Shown: piece after piece, positions 41,898 through 51,501 of the stretch
How positions within the stretch are numbered: position 1 is the stretch's first letter
Layout of the letters: the number at the start of each line of letters is the position of its first letter
Assembly: GCA_051532055.1 (NCBI GenBank)
Contig: JAOPTX010000010.1
Coordinates: forward strand, 1-64,000
DNA from: Fibrobacterales bacterium
GTDB taxonomy: Bacteria; Fibrobacterota; Fibrobacteria; Fibrobacterales; JAOPTW01
DNA length: 64,000 nt
Direction of reading: 5' to 3'
Made by a program: the position numbers and the translations under genes
The notes under the pieces: model-generated
The model's input: the letters and a program-made list of their open reading frames with translations, nothing else
The model's database searches: none
Told to the model about the DNA's origin: nothing

Positions 41898-42950
41898 ATG
41901 ATTCAAGATACTTCTTTGACATTAGGTACGCACTATATGGAAGCGGGAACAACGACTGCCTTAGGGCGTCCAGTTATACCTTCTCAAAACATGTTGTTGA
42001 TATTTGATGGCTCTCAGGGCGATTGTAATGATTTGGCATCAAAGGGATGGCAAGTACACAATCTTCTTTTTAGTTATCCAAGTGATACCAGATTGTCGGA
42101 TCAGGTTACAAAAATAACATCATCGATTTATAGCGAGTGGACGTCCCAGGTAGGTTTTAAATGTGATGCAATAGTGTTGGGACCCCAATTAAGTTATATT
42201 GAAGATGGTGTAGGGTTTCTAAAAAAAGTGCACTCTCTACTGACTGCTCATGGAGTAATATATGCGACAGTAGAGAATCGGTCGTATTACCAACGACTTA
42301 TAGATAAAAGCACCCGAGAGCTTCTTCCTTGGCCTGTTCATGAGCCTAAAGGGTTGAGTTATACTCAGAGTGACATTGAATCTATGATCTCGAAGTGTGA
42401 GCTCATCATAAAAAAGATAGAACCTGTAATGGACTCGCTGTTTTATAATGAACAGTATGCTCGATGGCAAAAAGTTAATGGTATTGATTGTGAGGTGATA
42501 CTTCCGAATGACCCGGAACTGAGACGCTCCTATTTTATTAAAGAATTTGCCCTTGTTATTGAGAATGGATCGACTGAAATTATTACTGCAGCCAATATGG
42601 TTGAGGGAGTAGATGTTGATGCGGTACATAAACAGATACAGGCCTTTTTGGCAGATGGTCAGACCAATGTAGTACAGGGGATGCTTGATACTATTATTGC
42701 TCAAGGTCGCGCTACAGATATGACCTATAATCTTTATGGTATTTACTACTTCTATTTAGGTGATGTGCAAAAAGCGTATATAAACTTTATTGATGCGATA
42801 CAAAAAAATGCTTCAGTGAGTGATTACTATTTGAATCTATATGATGCGGCAAAGTCTATTGGTGTAGAGAGTGAAGTGGTTGTGCTGTTACAGTCGGCCA
42901 TTAAACAGCATCCTCATCTTCAATCGGTGTTATCTGAGCTCACTCAGTAA
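41898..42950 (+). CDS. Degenerate methyltransferase-like domain plus TPR protein
   Basis: DAIVL..LSYIED...FLKKVHSLL..HGVIYATVEN resembles the class I MTase C-terminal half, with no clear GxGxG; TPR-like C-terminus; AAGGAG RBS. Confidence 0.6.
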   Translation: MIQDTSLTLGTHYMEAGTTTALGRPVIPSQNMLLIFDGSQGDCNDLASKGWQVHNLLFSYPSDTRLSDQVTKITSSIYSEWTSQVGFKCDAIVLGPQLSYIEDGVGFLKKVHSLLTAHGVIYATVENRSYYQRLIDKSTRELLPWPVHEPKGLSYTQSDIESMISKCELIIKKIEPVMDSLFYNEQYARWQKVNGIDCEVILPNDPELRRSYFIKEFALVIENGSTEIITAANMVEGVDVDAVHKQIQAFLADGQTNVVQGMLDTIIAQGRATDMTYNLYGIYYFYLGDVQKAYINFIDAIQKNASVSDYYLNLYDAAKSIGVESEVVVLLQSAIKQHPHLQSVLSELTQ

Positions 42951-42969
42951 TAGAAAGAGGTCGCGAATT

Positions 42970-44469
42970 ATGGATCTCTCGATTTGTATGATCGTAAAAA
43001 ATGAAGCAGAGAATTTATCACAATTGTTACCTCAATTGCGGGCTCTTAACTGCGAACTGTGTATTGTTGATACTGGTTCTACCGATGGTAGTATCACAAT
43101 TATAAAGGAATCTGTTGGTGTGGTACATCATTTTGAGTGGTGTGAAAACTTTTCTCTTGCAAGAAACTATTCGCTCAGTCTTGCAAGCAAGCCAACAATA
43201 TTATGGCTTGATGCTGATGATAGACTCCCTGAAAGATCAATTATTGAACTGCAGCAGTTGTGTGATATTGAAAGAACTATAGCATATACTGCTATAGTTG
43301 AAAACCCTCGTGAAGGGATGGTTGAATCAGAAAAGTTTCGACAGTTACGTATAATTCCCAATGGAAGAGGTCTGCAATTTAAAGGCGCTATACATGAAGA
43401 GTTACGGTCCTCGTGTATAGTAAATGAAATTCCTGTTGAAGACAGTAAATTTGTAATAGAGCATCGCGGGTATATGACCGTCGAAAATCGTGCTGCAAAA
43501 ACTGAACGCAACTATAAACTCTTGAAAAAAGAGTATGAATGTAAGAGTGATGATCTCTATGTTGTAATGGAGTATGGTAACGCTCTGTATCAAAAAGCTC
43601 AGTATCGTGATGCACTTACGGTATATGAAACAGGGTATCATAACCCACAAGGAGAAAAAAATACTCATGCGTATGTAACACTCCCCCTTCTTATAGGGAA
43701 TACTTATGAAGTATTGGGTGAATTAGATACTGCTGATGAGTGGTTTGATATTTCAGTGCGATTACATCCAATAGCGTATACAGCTCATTATAAACTGGCT
43801 CGAAGTCGTATGGGAGTTGGCGCTTGGGAAAGTGCGCAAATTTTGTATACTCAAATTGTCGAGGGTCTTGAACAGGAGCGGGTAGTAGGGACTATTGCGC
43901 AATCAAGTCATGCATTGTATGTTAATAGTCTTACAGCATTGGCACTTGGGTATAATGATGCACAGCAGTTTGATCAAGCATGTCTAATGTTTGAAAAGGT
44001 GCTAGAAAATCATGGGGCGATTACCTTTGACCCATGGGTGTATATGGGGTCTTTGGTTGCGCTTGAGAAGTATGATGTTGCTCAATCATTTATTCAATTA
44101 CATCATTGTACTCCCTCTGTAATAGCCCATGAACATACTTTAGCTAAGATGTTACTAGGAGTGGGACAGTTAGAGGGTGCTTGTGAAGAGTACAAACGGT
44201 TGTTACAGCGTGACCCTACAAATAGTATTTACATTAATGAATATGGAGTTGTCTTATATCAACAGGGGAGTATTCGAGATGCACAACACTGTTTTTTGGG
44301 GGCCCTACATCAGGGATATAGTGATGACTGTGTAGAAAACTTATTAGATACAATAGGAGTCCTTAAAAATAGTTCCTTTGTGTTGGATCGTCTTAAGTAT
44401 ATTCCTATTGAATCAGCAGTTAAAGAACAATTAATTTACCGAATAAAGGGACTGTATGCCAAGTGTTAA
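42970..44469 (+). CDS. GT2 glycosyltransferase with TPR repeats
   Basis: LSICMIVKNE, VDTGSTD, FSLARN, WLDADD, IHE, HRGY. Confidence 0.9.
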   Translation: MDLSICMIVKNEAENLSQLLPQLRALNCELCIVDTGSTDGSITIIKESVGVVHHFEWCENFSLARNYSLSLASKPTILWLDADDRLPERSIIELQQLCDIERTIAYTAIVENPREGMVESEKFRQLRIIPNGRGLQFKGAIHEELRSSCIVNEIPVEDSKFVIEHRGYMTVENRAAKTERNYKLLKKEYECKSDDLYVVMEYGNALYQKAQYRDALTVYETGYHNPQGEKNTHAYVTLPLLIGNTYEVLGELDTADEWFDISVRLHPIAYTAHYKLARSRMGVGAWESAQILYTQIVEGLEQERVVGTIAQSSHALYVNSLTALALGYNDAQQFDQACLMFEKVLENHGAITFDPWVYMGSLVALEKYDVAQSFIQLHHCTPSVIAHEHTLAKMLLGVGQLEGACEEYKRLLQRDPTNSIYINEYGVVLYQQGSIRDAQHCFLGALHQGYSDDCVENLLDTIGVLKNSSFVLDRLKYIPIESAVKEQLIYRIKGLYAKC

Positions 44470-47116
44470 TCCTAATGATGTCAATGCGTTGATTGGAACA
44501 ATTCAGCAACCGCTTACACCTCTTGGGCCTCCAAATACTCTTTCAATCTGTATGATTGTAAAAAATGAAGAGAAAAATATTGAAGCAGCGGTTCGCAGTT
44601 TTATTCCTTTTGCAGATGAGATTATTGTAAATGATACGGGTTCGACGGATAAAACTCTTGATATTCTTAAACAATTACCCGTTACTATTATTCAATCTGA
44701 ATGGATTGGAGATTTTAGCTATTCGAGAAACCTGAGTATTGAGGCCGCAACACAGAGTTGGATCCTTTGGATGGATGCTGATGATAGAGTTCCAGCAGGC
44801 CAGATTGAAAACTTTAATAAATTAAAGACCGCCCCCCTGGATAGAATGTTTGGATTTCAAATAATTAATACTCAGGCTGGTCTTGCTCTGGGTACACGAT
44901 TTATGCAGACGCGAATGTTTCCGCGACACCCCAAAATTCGTTTTGAGCGGGCGGTGCATGAACAGATGATTTTTAGTGGCGCACAGATGGGCCTCTATTC
45001 ATTTTTTACTGAGACAACTATTCATCATACTGGCTATGAAGACCCTGAGACAAAAAAACTTAAAGCTCAGAGGAATTTAGACTTACTAGAGAATGATGTT
45101 GATATTGATATCGACCCAATTATATCGATGCAACTTGGAGATTCTTATGCAATAATTGGTGAGTTAGATAAAAGTATAGAGGCCTATAAACATTCTTTTT
45201 CTATTCCTCATTGTCGTGAGATTAATGCTGATTGTTACAATGACCTTCCTACTTGTATTGGGCGTTCATATCAGCTGAAAGGCAACTTGGAAGCGGCCAA
45301 AGAGTGGTTTTTAAAAGGGATTGAGCTTAATCCTAAAAAGTTAGAATCATATTATTATCTGGCAGAAAGTTATCTTAAATTAGGCGATACCCCTACAGCA
45401 GAGAATTATTTGATACAGGTCGCTGGTATGGATATTTTACATACAGGAACCTCAAATCAGTTTGATGTCATAAAAATGTATAGCTACTTTCATCTGTGTA
45501 AACTTTATACGACACAGCAAAAATTTGATCGAGTAATTGCATGGGCGACCCGCCTAAAAGAAGAATATCCGGAAGTGATTGAATCTCGAATATTTCTTGG
45601 GAAAAGTCACTTAAGCTGCAATAGAATTGATGAGGCCATCGGATGGCTCGAAGATGCAGTACAGCGCAATCCCAAAGCAGATGAAACAGCGTGGCAAGCC
45701 CTTTGTATTGCCTATGAGCAAAAAGATGATCGTATCGCTCTTGCAAATGCTCAAGGGCGTTATCAACAGACATTCCCAAAATCAACTCAAGCAACGACCC
45801 ATGACTCGAGCATTGATGTTTCTGTTTGTATGATTGTTAAAGATGAAGAGTCGACCTTGCCTCACTTACTCCACTCTATTGCAGGGTTGTGGGATGAATT
45901 AATCATTGTCGATACGGGGAGTGGTGATAGGACTCCTGCAATTATAGAGGAGTTTGGAGGAGAGCTCCGTACAGCTCCATGGGAAGGTGATTTTGCAAAA
46001 GCGCGCAATATCTCACTTGAGGGAGCTCGAGGCCGATGGATTGTCTGGTTTGATGCAGATGACATTGTATTGCCTGAAGATCGAGTACGCTTAAAGCAGT
46101 TGTTATCGGGCAGTGCAGACAAAGCATATGGAGTGATGGTTAAAAATAGTACAGATGGCGGAAAAACAGGATCGGTTTTTAATCAGATACGGGTGTTTCC
46201 TAATAAGCCTGAAGTACGTTTTACGGGAAAAGTACACGAACAAGTACTGCCTGCCCTTGATAAACTGAAGATCTCGGTCGAATTTACTACTATAAAAGTT
46301 ATTCATACGGGGTATATTGACGATGCAATTGTTGCAGATAAACAGCACCGCAATTTGAGTATCATGCAACAAGAGCTTGAAGAGTATCCTCAGAGTGAAA
46401 CGGTGGTGAAACTCTATTCAATTGCAGGAGCCTATCAGGACTTAAAAAACTTTGAGAAAGCATTAGAGTGGTACCAAAAAGCTCTTGAACGAGCAAATCT
46501 AACGAGTGAAGACCCTCATATTCGTGAGATGTGTCCTGTTAAAATTGCAGCATGCTATGCAGAGCTAGGCGACCTTAACACTGCGCGACGGGTTATTGAG
46601 TCGGCGGCTGAACAGGCACCCCATATGGCCGAGGCGTTGCTTATAAAAGCTCAGGTGTTGAGTGCTCTTGGGGAAACAGAGTCTGCAGTGATTCAGTATG
46701 TTAATCTCTTCTATTTTCAAGAACAACCAACATTGGTCCCAGTTGATTATCAACAGATTAAAATAAAGGCGTGCGCATTTCTCGGAGATTATTGGAATAA
46801 GAAGAATAATCAACCTCTTGCTGTGGCTATTCTGAGGATTGGAGTTGCTCTGCGTGACGGGGAGCTCATTAGCTCTGAAAAGTTGTTGAGCTTTCTATTT
46901 GATGCAGAAGAGTACACACTTTGTAAGCATGTATTGACATTTGGATTGACTTTGAATGAAACTGCTGATTTGTATTTGAATTTAGGGAAGGCGTCAATAA
47001 TGCTGAATGACGTTGAAGATGCGTTGATGTATTTAAAAAAGGGGACTGAGAAGTACCCTTCTGATCTCGAGATTATAGAATTACTAAAAGCGCTCCATGC
47101 AGATGTTGGACAATAA
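44456..47116 (+). CDS. Tandem (GT2-TPR)x2 glycosyltransferase
   Basis: Two copies of SxCMIVKxEE / DTGSxD / DADD / VHEQ / HTGY, each followed by TPRs. Confidence 0.9.
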   Translation: MPSVNPNDVNALIGTIQQPLTPLGPPNTLSICMIVKNEEKNIEAAVRSFIPFADEIIVNDTGSTDKTLDILKQLPVTIIQSEWIGDFSYSRNLSIEAATQSWILWMDADDRVPAGQIENFNKLKTAPLDRMFGFQIINTQAGLALGTRFMQTRMFPRHPKIRFERAVHEQMIFSGAQMGLYSFFTETTIHHTGYEDPETKKLKAQRNLDLLENDVDIDIDPIISMQLGDSYAIIGELDKSIEAYKHSFSIPHCREINADCYNDLPTCIGRSYQLKGNLEAAKEWFLKGIELNPKKLESYYYLAESYLKLGDTPTAENYLIQVAGMDILHTGTSNQFDVIKMYSYFHLCKLYTTQQKFDRVIAWATRLKEEYPEVIESRIFLGKSHLSCNRIDEAIGWLEDAVQRNPKADETAWQALCIAYEQKDDRIALANAQGRYQQTFPKSTQATTHDSSIDVSVCMIVKDEESTLPHLLHSIAGLWDELIIVDTGSGDRTPAIIEEFGGELRTAPWEGDFAKARNISLEGARGRWIVWFDADDIVLPEDRVRLKQLLSGSADKAYGVMVKNSTDGGKTGSVFNQIRVFPNKPEVRFTGKVHEQVLPALDKLKISVEFTTIKVIHTGYIDDAIVADKQHRNLSIMQQELEEYPQSETVVKLYSIAGAYQDLKNFEKALEWYQKALERANLTSEDPHIREMCPVKIAACYAELGDLNTARRVIESAAEQAPHMAEALLIKAQVLSALGETESAVIQYVNLFYFQEQPTLVPVDYQQIKIKACAFLGDYWNKKNNQPLAVAILRIGVALRDGELISSEKLLSFLFDAEEYTLCKHVLTFGLTLNETADLYLNLGKASIMLNDVEDALMYLKKGTEKYPSDLEIIELLKALHADVGQ

Positions 47117-47120
47117 GAGT

Positions 47121-48239
47121 TTAGGTTTTTAGAAGAAAGCCAAGTTTTTTTAGTTGCTCTTTCAGCTTAGATGAAAGAATATTTTCAATACAATAATCTG
47201 AATATTCTAAGCGGCGAGGATACTCTTTTCTGAGTGTATCAAAAAGAATTCCATCACTCTTTTGTATAATAGGTTTTGAATGCTCAAAGTCATCTTGGAT
47301 TGAATATACTGAAGATAGGACTTTCTCAAGAGCTTCTGTATCAGTGAGTTCTTTGATGCAGATTGTATTTGAGGATACAGGAGTCGTTGTTTTTGGCCTG
47401 TTGAGATTAAAATGTTTTAGGAGTGCGTCACGCATCATTAAGGTGCCTCTTACTTTCCCCGTGTATGAGTACCCTGCGATATGCGGTGTATAAACGGAAG
47501 CACATTTAAGATAGTCTTGAGAAGGAGTTGGCTCATGATTAAAAACATCAAGTATAATGTCTTTAAAAAAGCCTTCTTTTGCGAGTGCAATTATTTCTTC
47601 CTCAACAACAATCCCTCCTCGGGCACTGTTAATAAATGTGAGTCCTGTCTTAAAGTTACTCAAAAATGAGCGATTGACTATGCCAGATGTAGGGTATTGA
47701 GATTGGTTTGATGTGGTAAGAGGGGTGTGAAAACTTAAGACATCTGCTTCATAAAGAGTCTCTAGAGAGACTAAATCGGTCGATATTCCTGAGTCTACAA
47801 GTGGAGGGTCATAAGGAAGTGCAGTAATCCCTAATGCCTTTATGAGTCGTGCAACTTCTTTTCCTACATGACCATATCCAACAATACCTACTTTAAGGTT
47901 AGGCTTGTTAAGGAGGTTGCACTCTTTAAGCGCGGAAAGAACATACTCCCCGACAGAAGTTGCATTACTCCCTGCGGCTGAGGCAAAAGTACAATTTGAC
48001 TCTTTGAGGTAGCCGGTGTCAATATGATCAATACCTGCTGTGGCGGTACCTACAAATGAGAGTTGACTTGATGAAAGGAGTTGGCGGTTTACTGGAGTTA
48101 CAGATCTAACCAATAGCGCTTCAAAGGGTTCTAAAAAATGTGGGGTAAGTGATCTGCCATCAAATGGGGTGATATCGAACAAGTCGGATAGGAGCGATTC
48201 TGCTTCAACTATATTTTGATCATATGCTATTTTTATCAT
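47121..48239 (-). CDS. pdxB: 4-phosphoerythronate dehydrogenase
   Basis: LLVRSVT.V, FVGTATAGIDH, GSNATSVGEYV, GYGHVG, YDPP, HTPL, TPHIAGYS..GK.RGT. Confidence 0.93.
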   Translation of the reverse strand: MIKIAYDQNIVEAESLLSDLFDITPFDGRSLTPHFLEPFEALLVRSVTPVNRQLLSSSQLSFVGTATAGIDHIDTGYLKESNCTFASAAGSNATSVGEYVLSALKECNLLNKPNLKVGIVGYGHVGKEVARLIKALGITALPYDPPLVDSGISTDLVSLETLYEADVLSFHTPLTTSNQSQYPTSGIVNRSFLSNFKTGLTFINSARGGIVVEEEIIALAKEGFFKDIILDVFNHEPTPSQDYLKCASVYTPHIAGYSYTGKVRGTLMMRDALLKHFNLNRPKTTTPVSSNTICIKELTDTEALEKVLSSVYSIQDDFEHSKPIIQKSDGILFDTLRKEYPRRLEYSDYCIENILSSKLKEQLKKLGFLLKT

Positions 48240-48310
48240 TTTTCGGTCAGTTGCTTTCTAAATGGTCAAATGTGGCGGTAATTGATAGCAAAATTAGTAT
48301 TTTTTGTCTC

Positions 48311-49768
48311 ATGATATACCTACGGTTTAAACTTATAACAGTTTTGGCACTTTCGCTTTTGAGTATTGGTACTACAGCGAATAAGCCTACTTATTCTCTT
48401 TCTGAATTTATTCAAAAAGGACTTGCCAATGATGGCCGCCTTGAAGAAAAGCGGTTTGGTAAAAAGCTTAAAGAACATAAAATAGATGAGATCAGAATGG
48501 GAGCGATACTTCCTCGATTTGAGTTTACTGCTGGCTGGGGACCTGCTCCTGGTTTGAAAAGTACATATGAAGAGACGCAATTCTCCGATGTGTCTCTTGA
48601 TGGAGTACATTATGACTCGCTTTCTATTTTAGAATCAAAAACAGAATATGATATTCTCTCGTTTAAGAAGTGGGGGCCTGCATTTGTGACTGAAGTGAAA
48701 ATGGTACAGCCACTCAACTTGTTTCGCTATAATTCAGGGATGAACGCAGCTAAGGCTGATCGCGATTATTATAATTGGAATATTAGTAGTAGTGAACTTA
48801 AAAAAGAACGCGAATTACAAGAGTATTATTTTGGGTACCTTTACGCACAAGATCTACACGAACTGTCTTTAGAAGTTGAATCAGAAATGATGAAAATTGA
48901 GGAGAGAATAGACGAGATGCTTTTTGATGAAGATGAATCAGTGTCGCAGTTTGATCTTCTAGAATTAAAGACTAATAAATATGCAATAGCAGAGGGGGTA
49001 GAAGAGAGTCGTCTTGGAGTACGCAGAGCGAAGCTTGCCGCAGCATTTAGTTTAGGGTTTGCAAGTGATACAGCATTTACTTTTATTGATTCCTTGTTAG
49101 TGGTGAGAAAAGAACCAGTGCCATCACTTGATAGTCTTAAAATCTATTTGAAACATTCACATCCCGATTTGCAAATGTTAAAACATGGATTAAAAGCAAT
49201 GAATGCACTGAAAGATTTAGCTCAAGGTGAACTAGGGCCCGAAATATTTTTGTTTGCGAGCGCTGAATATGCAAAATCATGGGCAGGAGATAGACGGTCA
49301 CTTTCTGACGAGGCCTTTTCTGAAGATCCGTTGAATAAAATATCAGGTGCGATCGGAATAGGATTAAAATATCGTTTGAATATTTGGTCGCGGTATCAAA
49401 ACTACTCCAAAAAGAAACTGGAACTGACTCACTTGCAACGGAAAGAGTCTTATGCTGAGCGTGGATTGGGGCTTCTTTTAGATGAGCAGTATGGGAAATT
49501 TGAAAAATCAAGAACCCTTCTTTCCAGTGCGCGGGCATCTCTCCGTGCAGCTGAAGCGTGGCTTAAAGGCGCAGCCATGAAGTATGATGTTGATCCTTCA
49601 GAAGCACGAGGGCTTATTAAGGCATTCAAGGCTAAGGTAGGCGCAAAGAGAAATTATTTAAAGTCTGTGTATAATTACAATATTGAAGTTGGTCGTCTCT
49701 TTGAGCGGTCAGGCTGGTCAATAGCAAAACATAATGCTACCTTGACCGTAACAGGAGGACCAGAATGA
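48311..49768 (+). CDS. TolC-family outer membrane protein
   Basis: Signal peptide; ILPRFEF, QPL, HPDL, GPEIFL duplicated OEP-like halves; YN..V..L C-terminus; start reassigned to 48311. Confidence 0.75.
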   Translation: MIYLRFKLITVLALSLLSIGTTANKPTYSLSEFIQKGLANDGRLEEKRFGKKLKEHKIDEIRMGAILPRFEFTAGWGPAPGLKSTYEETQFSDVSLDGVHYDSLSILESKTEYDILSFKKWGPAFVTEVKMVQPLNLFRYNSGMNAAKADRDYYNWNISSSELKKERELQEYYFGYLYAQDLHELSLEVESEMMKIEERIDEMLFDEDESVSQFDLLELKTNKYAIAEGVEESRLGVRRAKLAAAFSLGFASDTAFTFIDSLLVVRKEPVPSLDSLKIYLKHSHPDLQMLKHGLKAMNALKDLAQGELGPEIFLFASAEYAKSWAGDRRSLSDEAFSEDPLNKISGAIGIGLKYRLNIWSRYQNYSKKKLELTHLQRKESYAERGLGLLLDEQYGKFEKSRTLLSSARASLRAAEAWLKGAAMKYDVDPSEARGLIKAFKAKVGAKRNYLKSVYNYNIEVGRLFERSGWSIAKHNATLTVTGGPE

Positions 49769-50325
49769 AATGGTTAATTGCAGTAATATTATGTGTATCG
49801 TTACAAACTTGGGCGTCTGAGTCGCCTCTTACGCTTATCAAAACGAAAGATATTGAGCTTCAAAAGCTCCTTAAAAAGAAAGATGCGCCAAAGGAAACAC
49901 TTAAGCAGCTTATTAATAGCATTTTTGACTTCCGAAAAATGGGTCAAAAATCACTTTCGAGTTCTGCGTGGAAAGGTCAGCCTGAAGCAAAGCAGAATGA
50001 GTTTGTTGCCAGCTTTAAAGAGATGGTGGAGAATGCATCGATTAAGAAACTAGAAGTATACGAAGCTGATTCTACGAATTATGAAAAGCCTAAAATTAAA
50101 AAGGGCAAAGCAAAAATTACTGCGCATATGTGGAATAAAGGAACTGAATCAGTATTAGTGTATAAGCTCGAAGAAATTGATGGCGCTTGGATGGCATGGG
50201 ATCTCATTATTGATGATTTATCAACCGTGAGAAATTATCGTGAACAGTTTCGAAAAATCATAAAAGATAAAGGTTTTGATGAGTTGTTAAATATCCTAAA
50301 AGAGAAAGCTCTCGAGAATAAATAG
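49765..50325 (+). CDS. MlaC/Ttg2D-family periplasmic lipid-binding protein
   Basis: FDFRKMGQKSL...W, F..SF, Y.L....W..WDLIIDDLS.V.NYREQF..II. Confidence 0.88.
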   Translation: MKWLIAVILCVSLQTWASESPLTLIKTKDIELQKLLKKKDAPKETLKQLINSIFDFRKMGQKSLSSSAWKGQPEAKQNEFVASFKEMVENASIKKLEVYEADSTNYEKPKIKKGKAKITAHMWNKGTESVLVYKLEEIDGAWMAWDLIIDDLSTVRNYREQFRKIIKDKGFDELLNILKEKALENK

Positions 50326-50332
50326 GACCTTT

Positions 50333-51469
50333 GTGGTCCATGGATATAGAGTGACTCAATCTTCTGGCTACCTATCATTATATCAATCTGAGTATAAAGA
50401 TCTTGCATACGTAACAAGTGCTCTGTGTACTGGGGATCCTCGCTATGACAATGCGGTTAAACTTGTTTTAAAAAAACTTGTATTAAGAGGAGATACAGTT
50501 CAATGTATCGATTCCGGCTCAGGAGCGTTGGTATCATTTCTGTCTCAATCATTTAATCATGTTGTTTGTTGTAATGTTTTGTATCAAGACTATTGTGCAA
50601 CGAATGAGCATATGAAGGCATTTAAAGGGAGTGGTGAGTCATATTTACTTGATGATATAAGTGGAGTAATGAAAGGGTATGAGGTTTCACTCTTTAGACT
50701 TCATAAATCATGGGAATATAGTGCAGCTATTATTAGAGCGATAGTCAGAGTATCACGCCAAGGAACTTTATACGCGTATGGAACCAATGATGAAGGAGCA
50801 AAGAGTTTTCTTAATAAACTTAAACGTATTGGACTTAAAGGTGCTTGCATTGAAATTGGTTCATCGAGTAGAATATTTGAAATTGATCTCTCTCAGACTT
50901 TAGAACGTGATAATGAAACACAGGGCCCTACTATTACCCTTAGCCATTCAACAGGTGAACTAAGCTATGTAAATAATCCGGGCCTATTTTCATTTAAGAA
51001 AGCAGATGTGGGATCTCGAATTCTCATAGATGCTCTTCCCGATCTAACCAGCAAGACCGTGCTTGATGTAGGGTGTGGTGCGGGGGTGCTCTCCCTTGCG
51101 GCTTATCAACGTGGAGCAAAGGAGGTCGTTGCAACAGATGCGCATGCACTCTCTGTCTCTTGTGCAAATAAAAATTTCGAACACCAAAATACGCCCGCTT
51201 TCGCTCAGTGTACTTTTATTACGGATGGAATTTCTCAGATATTTGATGTTGTTATAACGAATCCCCCCTTCCATATTGGGAAATCTACTGAGGTAGATAT
51301 GGGGAGAATATGGCTTAAAAGCTGTATAAAACAACTCAAGCCTGAGGGCACGATTTACCTAGTAGCTAATGAATTCCTCAAATATGGTGATTTCTGTAGA
51401 GAAATGGGGCTGAAAGCTCAAAAGATCGCACACAGTTCTGGATTTTTGGTCTATAAAATCGTATCATAA
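50333..51469 (+). CDS. RsmC-like small methyltransferase (MTS family)
   Basis: PGLFS...DVGSRIL, VLDVGCGAG, ITNPPFH, L.LVAN. Confidence 0.8.
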   Translation: MVHGYRVTQSSGYLSLYQSEYKDLAYVTSALCTGDPRYDNAVKLVLKKLVLRGDTVQCIDSGSGALVSFLSQSFNHVVCCNVLYQDYCATNEHMKAFKGSGESYLLDDISGVMKGYEVSLFRLHKSWEYSAAIIRAIVRVSRQGTLYAYGTNDEGAKSFLNKLKRIGLKGACIEIGSSSRIFEIDLSQTLERDNETQGPTITLSHSTGELSYVNNPGLFSFKKADVGSRILIDALPDLTSKTVLDVGCGAGVLSLAAYQRGAKEVVATDAHALSVSCANKNFEHQNTPAFAQCTFITDGISQIFDVVITNPPFHIGKSTEVDMGRIWLKSCIKQLKPEGTIYLVANEFLKYGDFCREMGLKAQKIAHSSGFLVYKIVS

Positions 51470-51501
51470 CACTATAAAAAACTAAAGTAACGGGATGTCA
51501 C

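Noticed and set aside
37667..47116. Glycocin/RiPP cluster interpretation of the SunS-like GTs
   Set aside because: No precursor peptide, peptidase-ABC exporter or thiol-disulfide oxidoreductase seen nearby
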